64,000 bases of DNA from Octopus sinensis (taxonomy: Eukaryota), in the NCBI RefSeq assembly GCF_006345805.1, contig NC_043006.1:26784001-26848000 (forward strand). The letters are read 5' to 3'. Below the pieces are notes generated by a model. The model saw only the letters and a list, made by a program, of their open reading frames with translations. It was not told the origin of the DNA and ran no database searches. Both the position numbers and the translations under genes were made by a program. Below, one piece after another: positions 37,645 through 50,661 of the stretch. Positions within the stretch are counted from its first letter, which is position 1. Each line of letters starts with the position of its first letter.

Positions 37645-38040
37645 GCACAGGAGTGGCTATGTGGTAAGTAGCTTGCTAACCAACCACATGGTTCCGGGTT
37701 CAGTCCCACTGCGTGGCATCTTGGGCAAGTGTCTTCTGCTATAGCCCCGGGCCGACCAATGCCTTGTGAGTAGATTTGGTAGACGGAAACTGAAAGAAGC
37801 CTGTCGTATATATGTATATATATATGTGTATGTGTGTGTATGTGTTTGTGTGTCTATGTTTGTCCCCCTAGCATTGCTTGACAACCGATGCTGGTGTGTT
37901 TACGTTCCCATCACTTAGCGGTTCGGCAAGAGACCGATAGAATAAGTACAAAGAATAAGTCCCGGGGTCGATTTGCTTGACTAAAGGCGGTGCTCCAGCA
38001 TGGCCGCAGTCAAGTGACTGAAACAAGTAAAAGAGAAAGA
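37645..38040 (+). mobile_element. Full-length tRNA-derived SINE inserted in the Gypsy protease region
   Basis: Same family as 25378-25770. It interrupts the gag-pol region just after the LDTRSD motif. Confidence 0.9.
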
Positions 38041-40084
38041 GAGAAAAATAGCACATGGTATTACAGGTAAAAGATTATATTTTGTAGGTGAATTTGTGTG
38101 TAATGTGACATTTAGGACCAAATGAAAATGGCAAAAGTATATGTGTTAAAAAATTCAGTAAATTTGTTTGGCAAAGAGTGGATGGAACTGTTCAAATTGT
38201 GAAATACACCCATAAGTGTTTTGCATGGGAATGTAGTCAGTTCAGTCAAAGGTTCAAATGTGGCTGAGGGATTGAAATGAAAAATAAAACATTTATTTCT
38301 GAATGTTTTCTCAGATGATCTGGGCTGCTGCATAAAAACAAAGGCAAAAATTGTTGTAAAACAAAGTGCAACACCTATATTTGAGCCAAAATGTAATGTA
38401 CTGTTCGCAGCACTAGAACAGGTAAATAAGGAACTTGAAAGACTTGAAAGCCTAGGAATAATCAAGAAGACAAACCACTCAGAAAAATAATTAGTTACAA
38501 GTTTGTGCAGATTTTTAAATGGGTTTAAATGATTGCTGAAGCTCACGTAACCACCAATTGCCGAGTCCTGAGGAAGTGTTTGCAAAATCAAATGGAGGGA
38601 AATTCTTGTCAAAATTAGACCTCTTGAAAGCATACTTATAAATCCAAACAGAAGAAGAATACTCACACTTATTAGCTATTAATACACACCGTGACTTATT
38701 TAAATTAAGCTGCTCCCCTCCAGTGTAAAAGTGGCTCCTTCCATATTTCAACAAGTCATAGATATAATGTTGGTGGACAATGATTTTGATATCACCTAAG
38801 TGAATTACATGAACAACATGTAGAACATGTAAAAAGAGTATTGGAAAAAATGAGAGAATACAGCTTTAAGCCAAGTGAGAAAAAATGTGAGTTCTTTCTG
38901 AGAAAAATTGAATATTTGGGCCAGATAATAGATAAAAAAAATCTTCACAAACTTGTAACTTATTATTTTATGTGGATGGAAGCCAGATCCATCCAGAGCA
39001 GCTGCGATAAAAAAAATATGCTCACAGTAAATAATGTGACTATGCGACAAGCTTTTTTAGGACTAGTAAATTACTACCAAATTTGTATTCCTAATATACA
39101 CAATGTAAGGGCCCCACTAAAGGATTTGTCAAAGAAAAATGCAAAATGGTGCTGGACTGATAAGTGCCAGAAGGCATTCGATAAATTAGAAAACATTTTA
39201 ACATCAAACTTATTGTTAATGCATTTTGATCTGAAGCTGGATATTATATTGGATACAGATGCGAGTGATTATGGTGTAGGAGCAGTGCTTCTGCACAAAT
39301 ATGACAATGGGAGTAAAAAAGTTATAGCCCATGCGTCATGATCATTATTACCAGCAGAAAGGAACTACAACCAAATAGAAAAGAAAGCGTTAGCAATTAG
39401 ATTTATTCATGGAAGAAGTTTCTGTATACAAATGGATTACCGTCCACTACAGTCGATATACGGTTCTAAAAAAGGAATACCAACACACACAGCTAATTGA
39501 CTAGAGCAATGGGGCACTACGTTATTGGATTATGATTTGATTTCAAAATGGAATATTTACTGTCAAAGAAATTAAGGCATGCAGATTTTTGGTTCAGACT
39601 GACACCAAAATACTGTAAACCATTTGAAGGTACAGTAATCACAGCCTTAAGTTCAGAATGAGAAATAAAAAATGTAATGTGGAATGTGGTATGCAAATTA
39701 CCAGTGATCCTAGAAGACATAAAACAAAATGCAGAAAAGGACAACTTCATTACAGAAATGAAAAGATGTTTACTTTCTGTAAATGCAACATTTTCTAGAG
39801 ATTGGGTATATATTTTGCATATGGCAAAAATTAGTGTCTTACTGAAGCTGGGTGAGCTTTGCATCTCCAATTTTCAGAGTCAGGGCTGATGCATGTGGAG
39901 GAATGAGGTATTATTATGGTAAAAAATAAACTTCTTGATTCCTTACATCTTTTTGAATTACCATATTAAGTAAAAGTAAGTTGCATTGGGTGTTACAAAA
40001 GAAATAAAACCTAACCTTTAAATGAATGCTAGCTAGAGTAAATATCTCCTCATTTCTGGAGTCAGCAGGATTACATAGAGTTAA

Positions 40085-40305
40085 CCCTTTAGCATTGAAA
40101 CCAGCCATATCCAGCCAAAAGTATTCTGCCTGTTTTATGTTCAAACTGACCAGATCTGGTCTCTCACACCAACCCTACAATATCGTTTTAAAAATTAACA
40201 GCTATCTCATCAAAATCTCATAGTTACAAGATAATGCATAATTAGTTCAAAACAATGTGGATAATTAAGCATTAATTTTAGCAGAATAATGCAAACACTA
40301 AAGGG
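40085..40305. mobile_element. piggyBac-type MITE (221 bp)
   Basis: TTAA|CCCTTTAG ... CTAAAGGG|TTAA (TTAA at 40081-40084 and 40306-40309). Confidence 0.88.
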
Positions 40306-40839
40306 TTAATGCCTGATGGCCTCACACTTTGCCCTTAGGCTAAAGGCAAATACTTGTGTGAGATGTCAGCCACTCATTTCCTCCAGCTCATGTTTTTAAT
40401 GTTGTAATAGAGATGGAGATTATTGCATGTATAACTGAATAGAATAAAACATTGAAATATCACAATCTGCCAGAACATTGCATTTTTCAGCTTTTGAGTT
40501 GTTCATGGGTGCTGGACCACTGACAAGTAACTTTTTGATTTGTTAGTGTCCCACTTCAATGATCTATCAAATGATACTTGGGTGGAGTGCCTGGTTGCTC
40601 AACTACCTCAGTTACACAGTTTCTCACAGTAATGGACATGAGTATGTTGAGGTGTTTTTTAGAGGGGTGCACCAGTTTTCCCAAGCAAATTGTATAATTG
40701 AAGGGGTGTGCATACTCCTATTTTGGTTATGTATTTACTGACATTTTTCTCTCTCTTTATTCTCTTATTTAATTCCTTTGTGTGTTGTAGCCCAAAGGCT
40801 GTGGCTATGCTGGGATACTGCCATTACTCTTTTTTTTCT

Positions 40840-41190
40840 TCTTTTTTTACTTGTTTCAGTCATTTGACTGCGGCTATGCTGGAGCACCACCTTTAATCGA
40901 GCAACTCAACCCCGGGACTTATTCTTTTGTAAGCCCAGTACTTATTCTATCGGTCTCTTTTGCCAGCATCGGTTGTCAAGCAATGCTAGGGGTCAAACAC
41001 ACAAGCACATATATATATTCATATATACATATATACGACGGGCTTCTTTCAGTTTCCATCTACCAAATCCACTCACAAGGCTTTGGTCGGCCCGAGGCTA
41101 TAGTAGAAGACACTTGCCCAAGGTGCCACATATGTGGGACTGAACCCGGAACCATGTGGTTGGTAAACAAGCTCCTTACCACACAGCCGA
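40840..41190 (-). mobile_element. tRNA-derived SINE, near full length
   Basis: Reverse complement of the 25378 and 37645 family (gggactgaacccggaaccatgtggttggt). Confidence 0.88.
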
Positions 41191-42004
41191 ACAGTTCGTG
41201 CACAAACACACAAACTTAACATTGATTTTTGCCAATTAAATTTAATACATGTGAAGATACACATACAGATATAGAATGGTGGCATTCTGAAAGGCAATAT
41301 TAATAGCATGCTTTTGTTTATTTGCATATTTTTTAATATTTTCATAAAAGCAAGATAGTGTTTAGCTTCAGGTTAGCCCTGATCAAGCTAATTTTTGATT
41401 AAAGATATCTAGCAATGACCAGTCTCCTTTTCAGATAGAATATGGAGGGAGATTTGGCTGTTATTCCCAACAGGTCGAAGAGCCACGTGGATTATTGTTC
41501 TTTGGAGAGAAGACAGTTGAATTGGGATGTAACGTCAATATTTAACTAAGACTGAATCACGAAAATAAGTATATTTTGCTTTTATGTATAACACAATGCT
41601 TTCAGTAAGTGTCGACTATATTAATGGGCATCTATTTCAATATATTCAAAACAGTGTAAACAGCAGACCTTATTTTTAAAAAAACTATGATTAAATGTAG
41701 CCATACAGAAATGGTTTATCAGATATTTAAATGAAATAAACATGCCCATTTTAATTGCTATAATTATGATTTCCAATATTACAAAAATTAAAACACGTTT
41801 TGGAAAGTGTAAAATTGGTCAGGGGAAGTAATTAGTTAGAGGGCGCAGCAACCGCTTTGCATAATTGTTTTTGTTGTTCATATGATGGCGTTGCCATAGT
41901 CTTTTAACATGCTGGTGGGACGTCACTGTTCTCCCTTCTCTGAAGAGCCTCCACTATAATATAATTGTTGCCTTTTAAATCCTGGATAGTGCATATTTTT
42001 AACG

Positions 42005-42110
42005 ATGGCTTCCAGGGAGACTAAACTGGATCCTAATCTTCTGCAAGCCACACGGAAATTATTGTGGGGAAATAGAGTGAAAGAGGAAGTGTTTTCGCGT
42101 TGGTCACAAG
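42005..42110 (+). CDS. MINDY3: MINDY3/FAM188A coding exon 1 (MASRETKLDPNLLQATRKLLWGNRVKEEVFSRWSQ+G)
   Basis: L.WG......F.RW.QG resembles human MINDY3 LVWGTK...IFCRWTQGF. CAAG|GTGAGT donor, phase 1, matching exon 2. Confidence 0.88.
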
Positions 42111-43789
42111 GTGAGTTCTTTAGTAAAATAAATCTATCAGTTATAATTATATACATATATATATATTCGAATAGTTGTGTGTGTTTTTTTACTCGTACTT
42201 ATTCTTTGCCTTATTATACCAAACATTTTCATTGGGATTATATTGATACTTACTCTTAAGATAAAGTTAGATATGTTGACATTTACGTATGAAATAGATA
42301 TAGATTTGACATAGCGTTTTACAGATGATGCGCTTGGTCTCGTATTTTCTGATATGCACATATATATAAACAATATATATACATATCTGTGTGCGTGCGT
42401 GTATGTATATATATATACATACACACACACACACATATATATATATATACACACACATACATATATATAAGTTGTCTAAGAATCCACGGTGAATAAGTAG
42501 ACTATTGTAAACGTATAATAGATGAACACCGGATTAGTGCTCGGACGAGTCTGGGTTTTTAAAATTCAACCTTTTAATCAGAATGGAAATAATTCCACGA
42601 AACAAGAGTTGGCTATAAGGAATATCTAGCTGGAGCATGTAATAAAGCGATAAAAAAATTGGCAAATACTTATATGTGGCATTGTATCGTTTATAAAAGA
42701 TGTACATACATAGATGTATTTGGCGAAGAAAAAAATGTAGTTCCTCGCCAAATACATCTATGATTACGGTTATATAATATCATTTTTAAATGATATATAG
42801 TTATATATAGGTGTTTGTTCATCTTTTATCTGTGTGTGTGTGTATATATGCATGAATGAATGAGTTTGCTCTCTCGGAGGGCTTCGAACACAAACACTAT
42901 TTGTACACTGAAGTCTCGTGCTGCAGCGAAATATACACACACACAGATATATACATACACACAAACACACATCATCCATACATAGATACACACACACACG
43001 AGCTGAAAAACCCGGTGTTGCCCGAGTTCAAGTCTCAGGGAATTAACCTTAACATCGCAAAGCAAATTATTTAACACATAGTAAATATTTTGGATAAGCT
43101 TCCACCGAATTTTCGGACTAAGTAATTTTTAAGAATATTCTTTCAGATATTCATATTTTAAACAGATGCGATTACCAATTCTGCAAAGTATTGTACTGAA
43201 ATTCAAATCTTTTTAATCTCCCAATTTCTGTTTAAAGTTATCTTAGTAATCTTAAATCGAAAACCTACGCCAAAGCGTTAACAACAAACTCTAACTTTAA
43301 ATTCTTCTCTTTAGTCATTACCTTAAACCTTAACTCTAAACCTAGTTCTTAGCTTATTCCTTAAACTTAGACTCTAATGCTAACACTAACTCTATATTTT
43401 TTTGTATAGAATCGCAATCTTTTCAAAACCTACACTACATCTTGAAAATTTTCGAAAATGACAAAGTTACTGCCAAGTATGTCCTTGGAGTGGATCAAAA
43501 AAATCGATAAGAAATTGTAGTTTTTAAAAACACTTTTATTTGCAGAATTGTAATTTCTACCACTGAAAACTGAAATTTGAAGATATTTTCAGGAAAAAAA
43601 AAAAAAAAATAGAGATAGATATAAATACTTAAAAATAATGGGTGCTTATTTGACACTTCGTCGGACAGTATTAGAGTACTGAATGACCAAATTTTAACCA
43701 TTACTTCAATATGGAACATCTAAGTTCCTGCAAAGAATAATGCCGTATGAGTCTGTGAAGTAACACTTCAGGTGGTTCCTGGCCTTTGA

Positions 43790-45910
43790 GAAACTCGGTA
43801 TAGTACAGTTTCTTTTGAATCTCAAAGAGAGCCTGAAAGAAATGGAAGAACTGTGAGCCAACCTTGATGACAACCCTCACATACTTCTTTTAGGAGACTT
43901 CAACCTCCCTAATGTTGAAGGGCCTGAGGGCTGCCTTCTTTCAGGTATGTCACTGCATGAACAGAGGCAAGCAGTCTCTGCTTGACCTTGCAGACATGCT
44001 CTTTATGGACCAAATAAGTGCTCCACTGAACAAGGGATAAAAATGTCCTGGACCTTTGCTTCACAAATGATGCAGTGCATATCTATAATGTTATCGTGAC
44101 ACTAATGATTCTCTCAGATCATAATTTAATACCTAACAAAGTTTGGTCCACAGAAAACTGCAGACATGCAGGCTACTAGAAGCACCCAACTCTTCTCCAG
44201 CCTGAAATTTCATAAAGCTGATTAGAGGGATATTGAAAAAGAGGTTATGAAACAAAACTGGTCTCTTAGTCTCTCTATGCAAGATATTAACATAAAACTG
44301 CAGTATTTTGTGACAATCATGCAAGGCATATGTAGTAAGTTTGCTGCAGAGAGAATGCCAAACCAAGAGAAAAATATCATTTCTGGGCATAGGAGGATTC
44401 TAACGAAATGACAAGCAAAAATCTTAAACAATCTAAATGGGCCACTAAAGGTCAGTAAAGGACCCTATCTCAAACAAACATTACTTCAGATCAAAAATGA
44501 ACTCAAACACTCCCATGAAAATGAGAGGGCAGAGAAACCAGGGCTGTCGAAAATATAAGACAAATCATAAAGGCTTCGAAAGAGTCTACTTCAATACAGT
44601 ACAAGATAGGATCACTGTTCAAGAAAAATAGCTCACTGACTGCAGATCCCTTGATAATAAGTGGAATACTGAATGTGCAATACAAGAATGTTTTCACAAC
44701 TTCATTGGGACACTTGAAAGTAGCTATGCCAGGTGAGTTCTTCAGCACCACAGCTTTGTACAAAGATGGCAATTATTGATAACACTGAAATAGAAGAAAC
44801 TGATGTAATATCAGCCATTGATGAAATGAGCTCAATCCCAGCCACAGGCCCTGATTGATTCCCAGTAATTCTTCTAAAGAAATACAAAGGGATTCTAGCA
44901 ATACCATCAGTGACACAGACAGTCACACTTACTAGCTATGCCTTTGAAACAAAAGTAGTACAAACAGTCAAGGAACCTTCTGATGCTAATCTCCTACAGA
45001 AATTTTGTTACGGTTATTTCTACAGATATTCTATAGAACGTATAGCCAGCACTGATTTTTACTACAACGTTTCATATTGAGACGTCAAATGTAAACAATG
45101 TGATTGAAGACAAAAATGGGTAATGAGTGTATATGCCATATTTTGGGGGTTGTTGCCCCTTCATCAGCACTCATCTAACCCATTATTGCCCCTGAACACA
45201 TTGCTTATATAGCCACCGCATACAGCAGTGTTAAGTTATTGGACATACCAATTGATACGTTAGACACATTAATGTAAACTTCTGCAGAAAGACCTAGATG
45301 CCATATATAAATGGGCTGAAGGAAGCATGCAATTTAATGAAGGTAAATTCCAAGTCCTCCACCATATTGTAGCCAGTGCTATATGCCACAGCAAAGATAC
45401 TTTGGACCAAAAAGTATTACAATCCCAAAGTCAAGTATACTGTGTGATCTGGGGATTGATACAAGCAGTAACACCTCATTTCATGTACATATTACCAAGA
45501 TAGTGGCAGTGTGCAGGCAAATGGCAGGTTGGATCCTGAGAACTTTCAGAACAAGGGACTTGGAAACTATGCTGGTTCTATGTACTCAGCCATCTGGACT
45601 ACTGCTCTCAACTGTGGTCATCCCATAGTGTCACATTAATAGTGGAATTTGAGGCAGTTCAGTAGTGCTACACCAGGAAGATTGGATCAATGAAACAGCT
45701 GAGCTACTGGGAGAGATTGAAAGAACTATGACTCTACTCCATAGAGCAAAGACAGGAGATATATACAGTGATATATGCATGGAAGATCCTGAAGGGGTTG
45801 GCTCCAAACTTTGGCATTGAGAGCTATACCAACCCCTGAAATGGACATCATTGCACTGTGTGAAGGTCTCAGCAATCCTGTCTGGAGTGAGAACCATGTG
45901 ATTCAATAAC
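43790..45910 (+). mobile_element. CR1-clade LINE, degenerate, with an internal deletion and an unrelated insert at ~44920-45270
   Basis: APE motifs LLLGDFNLP and NVLDLCFTN, RT-upstream ATGPD, and the C-terminal QMAGWILRTFRTRD. Confidence 0.8.
45115..45184 (-). ncRNA. Degenerate type I hammerhead ribozyme (G12 mutated to A)
   Basis: TGAGTG-CTGATGA-A-GGGG-CAACAA-CCCCC-[A]AAA-TATGGCATAT-A-CACTCA. Stem I extends to AATGGGT/ACCCATT. Confidence 0.6.
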
Positions 45911-46270
45911 CAAAATTGGTACTGAGTTGAGAAATGGAATTTGCAAAAACTTCATATATTTCCAAAATTTTTTGTTCATAAAAAGCTTTCCCTCCTCCTT
46001 TACAAGAGTGTGCTGGAAAATATACTTCAAACATCCCTGTCAAAATGGAGAAAACCCAACTTACATGGGTGTGATATTCCAAAAATCTGTCAAGACATTC
46101 TATTGTGAAAGTTACCCCACAACAGGATACTCAGCTAATATATAAATATATATATAGATAGATAGATTGATATATAGATATGTGTGTGCGTGTACATGTA
46201 TGTATATATGAATGTTTATAGATAGATGTATGTATAAAGATATGTGTATATATATGTATGTGCGTGTGTA

Positions 46271-46570
46271 TCATCATCATTTAACGTCTGCTCGCCATGC
46301 TGGCATGGGTTAGATGGTTTGACTGAAGCTGATGAGTTGGAGACACCAGGTTCCAGTCTGATTTGACATGCTTTCTACAGCTAGATGCCCTTCCTAACAC
46401 CAACTGCTCCAGGAGTTTAATGGGTGCTTTTACGTTCCACTGGCACAACTGCTATTTACATGACACCAGCAATAACCACAACTACAATTCACGGGTATGT
46501 ACCGTTTACATGGCACTGGCATTGACCACGATTCACAGGTGCCATTTACATGGTACCGTCAATGACCATG
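46271..46570 (-). mobile_element. RTE LINE 3' end fragment
   Basis: catcatcatttaacgtc...ccatgctggcatgggtt...ctacagctagatgcccttcctaac, the reverse of the 5769-6340 family. Confidence 0.75.
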
Positions 46571-46816
46571 GCTACGATGCGCAGTTGCCATATATATATG
46601 GGTTTATATATATATATATATATATAAATAAGAAACCTATTGGATTAACTGGTGCTAGAGTGAGCCATATAGTGACCACTCTCATATTTATTTTGTAAAA
46701 ATATTATAATATATTATAAAATATTATAATAATCCAGGTTTCTCGGAGCACTAGGCCACTTGGTGTAGAATAGATATACTATTAAATTAGTATCTAATTC
46801 TCTCACCCTTATTAAT

Positions 46817-46924
<108 letters not shown>

Positions 46925-47167
46925 GTATATATATTTATATGTAAATTTAAGTCACAGTATGTAAACTCAAGTATTCCGGTAGTATTCATAAAAAGACTCT
47001 TTAATCTACAAGACATAGAATAAATAGTACGATACAAGAGAAAACGATAAGGAGCATAGAAAGTCATAAATGATAGAGAAATAGTTTCATGAAATTTTAT
47101 TTAACAATAACAAAATTCAAATAGCCTAACAAGTTGTTTCGTAACTTAAGAACCTGTAGGTAATTTA

Positions 47168-47400
47168 TACAGGGTGTCCCAAAAGTCACTGATGGGTTCC
47201 AATTTTTAATAACTTCCTTAACTTCACAAATAGAGGCTTGAAATTTTGATGCAATATAAAGGACATAATGAAAAGATAGAACTGGCTGGAGGACACTGAT
47301 CCATTGAGTAACCGAGAGTTGGCTTTGACCGAGCGGATATTAAATTCTTTGTTATATTTAAAGTAATTGAAAGAAACATACAGCATCACAAAATAAATAC
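47168..47400 (+). mobile_element. Tc1/mariner-type terminal fragment
   Basis: TA followed by CAGGGTGTCCCAAAAGT. The same end occurs reversed at ~690-704 (tgggacaccctgta). Confidence 0.6.
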
Positions 47401-47518
47401 AGTAACAAAAGGGTTAAGCTACATTCTCAGGTGAAAGAAAAACTTAGTTTTGGGCCACAGGCCCAATTAGCCCTGTGCAGGAGCTAGCTTGAAAGTCCAC
47501 ACAGAGAGTAGCTTTTAA

Positions 47519-47722
47519 CCCTTTAGTGTTCACATTATTTTGCCAAAATTAATGCTTTTTTATCCACATTGTTTTGAACTAATCATGCATTATCTTGTAG
47601 CTATGAGATTTTGAGCTGTTAATTTTTAAAACGATATTGTAGGGCTGGTGTGAGAGACTAGATCTGGCCAGTTTGAACATAAAACAGGCAGAATACTTTT
47701 GGCCGGTTTAAATGCTAAAGGG
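47519..47722. mobile_element. piggyBac-type MITE (204 bp), same family as 40085-40305 in the opposite orientation
   Basis: TTAA|CCCTTTAG ... CTAAAGGG|TTAA, with the internal sequence reverse-complementary to the first copy. Confidence 0.88.
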
Positions 47723-47730
47723 TTAAGCTA

Positions 47731-47873
47731 GTGTGTGTGTGTATATATGTATGTCTATATATATATGTATATATGCATATATATATGTATGTGTATATAT
47801 ATATATATGTATGTGTATATATATATATATATATGTGTGTAATATATAATATATATATATATATATGTATGTC

Positions 47874-47915
<42 letters not shown>

Positions 47916-48547
47916 TATGTGTATATATATATGTATGTGTATATATGTGTGTGTGTATATATATATATGTATGTGTGTATATATATATATATGTATGTCT
48001 ATATATATATATATGTGTGTGTGTATATATATATATATGTGTGTGTGTATATATATATATATGTGTGTGTGTATATATATATGTATGTCTATATATATAT
48101 ATATATATGTATGTGTATATATATATATATATATGTGTATATATATATATGTATGTGTATATATATATATATGTATGTGTATATATATATATGTATGTGT
48201 ATATATGTATGTGTATATATATATATGTATGTGTATATATGTTGTGTATATATATATATATGTATGTATATATATATATATGTATGTGTATATATATTAT
48301 GTGTATATATATATATGTATGTGTATATATATATATGTATGTGTATATATATATATGTATGTGTATATATATATATGTATGTGTATATATATATATGTAT
48401 GTGTATATATATATATGTATGTGTATATATATATGTATGTATGTATATATATATATGTATGTATGTGTATATATATATATATATATATGTATGTGTATAT
48501 ATATATATGTATGTATGTATATATATATATGTATGTGTATATATATA

Positions 48548-48580
<33 letters not shown>

Positions 48581-48728
48581 GTATTGTATATATTATATGT
48601 ATGTATGTATATATATATATGTATGTATGTGTATATATATATATATATGTATGTGTATATATATATATATATGTATGTGTATATATATATATATATGTAT
48701 GTGTATATATATATATATATATATGTAT

Positions 48729-48808
<80 letters not shown>

Positions 48809-49027
48809 ATATATATATATATATATATGTATGTGTATATATATATATATGTATGTGTATATATATATATATATGTATGTGTATATATATATATATGTAT
48901 GTGTATATATATATATATGTATGTGTATATATGTATTGTAAATATATATATATATATATATGTATGTGTATATATATATATATATGTATGTGTATATATA
49001 TATGTATGTGTATTATATATATATATG

Positions 49028-49059
<32 letters not shown>

Positions 49060-49113
49060 GTATGTGTATATATATATATATATGTATGTGTATATATATA
49101 TATATATGTATGT

Positions 49114-49145
<32 letters not shown>

Positions 49146-49348
49146 ATATATATATATATGTATGTATATATATATATATATGTATGTGTATATATATATA
49201 TATGTATGTGTATATATATGTATGTGTATATATATATATATAATATATATATGTATGTGTATATATATATATATATGTATGTGTATATATATATATATAT
49301 ATATGTGTATATATATATGTATGTGTATATATATATATATATGTATGT

Positions 49349-49379
<31 letters not shown>

Positions 49380-49421
49380 ATTATATATATATATAATGTA
49401 TGTATATATATATATGTATGT

Positions 49422-49453
<32 letters not shown>

Positions 49454-49496
49454 ATATTATATATATATATATGTATGTGTGTATATATATATATAT

Positions 49497-49568
<72 letters not shown>

Positions 49569-49582
49569 AATATATATATATG

Positions 49583-49641
<59 letters not shown>

Positions 49642-49800
49642 ATATATATATGTATGTGTATATATATATATGTATGTGTATATATATATATGTATGTGTA
49701 TATATATATATGTATGTGTATATAATATATATATATTATATATATATATATGTACGTGTGTATATATATATTATATATATATATATATATAATATATATA
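47731..49800. repeat. ~2.07-kb compound (TA)n/TATG/TGTG microsatellite
   Basis: Almost pure purine-pyrimidine alternation with a recurring unit (TA)4-8 TGTATGTG. Confidence 0.97.
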
Positions 49801-49802
49801 TT

Positions 49803-50600
49803 AGATAAAACTTACTTGGAAAAGGATGCCTGGCATTCGATCATATAATAGTATAAATAATATATAAATATATGTCCATACCTACATATACATGTATATA
49901 TGGGTACAGGACATCAAAAAAATGTTGAACACAATGAGAAATGAAAACATAAAAACAGAAATGAACTTTTTTTCGAACACCGAAAAAACAAACAGAGACA
50001 CAAGACATGCAACATAAAGGATATTCCTCTTCTTCAGTTGTCCCTGTTACATCTACTCTGTGTTTGGAAGTTAAGGATTAGACGCGACTTCATTGAAACA
50101 GTCCTTCCCGCAAAGCAAATTAAATAAAATTTGGGATTTTTTGCGGAGGGTGAAAGTGGTAACAAGAACAGGACAGTGAGAACAAGAAACAAACAGTAAA
50201 AACAAATGTTGAGGGCTGTTAAGCCAAGACAATAGAAAAATTTTGAATGCTAGGAGGACAAGCTTATGAAGGAGACAGTGTAAGCACATTGTTGTCTTTA
50301 CCAGGGTAGCAGTCAGAAAGATAGTTTCTCTTTTGTCACGGATCAGTGATGAGAGTCAAAGAGGAGGAGTGAGAGAGGGGGGAAAAGTGAAGAGGAGAGG
50401 AGAAGAATAGGGAGGGGTGGGGGAAAAACCAGAAAGGATGAAGAACAAGAGAGGGTGAGAGATAGACAGAGAAGAGGAAGTAAAGATAGAAGAGTGTGCA
50501 TCGTAATTATTAAGATAAAACTTACTTGGAAAAGGATGCATGGCATTCGATCATATAATAATATATAAATATATGTATATATACATACATATATGTACAT
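49803..50600. repeat. ~800-bp element with ~90-bp direct terminal repeats, same family as 6880-7440 and 33387-34058
   Basis: gataaaacttacttggaaaaggatgc.tggcattcgatcatataata occurs at ~49804 and ~50514. Confidence 0.75.
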
Positions 50601-50613
50601 ACCTACATATACA

Positions 50614-50659
<46 letters not shown>

Positions 50660-50661
<2 letters not shown>

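Larger units (their letters stand above)
36242..39850 (+). mobile_element. Ty3/Gypsy LTR retrotransposon, degenerate, with 5' LTR (36242-36444) and no 3' LTR seen
   Basis: LTR ends TGTTATA...TATAACA. Gag with two Cys/His knuckles (CFACGGLHLKKNC, CFCCGKIGHVKAHC), protease-like LDTRSD, RT fragments (KKCEF..RKIEYLGQII) and RNase H DASDYGVGAVL. SINE inserted at 37645. Confidence 0.9.

Noticed and set aside
43270-43395. Degenerate CCTAA/CTAA repeats suggesting interstitial telomeric sequence
   Set aside because: No run of perfect TTAGGG or TTAGG units. Similar tracts occur inside MITE arms (for example near 26650).
47731-49808. Long ORFs of 282-664 aa (Y/I/C/V/M-rich)
   Set aside because: They are translations of a TA/TG microsatellite that lacks stop codons by composition. 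The same applies to the ORFs at 33045-33491 and 53368-53874.
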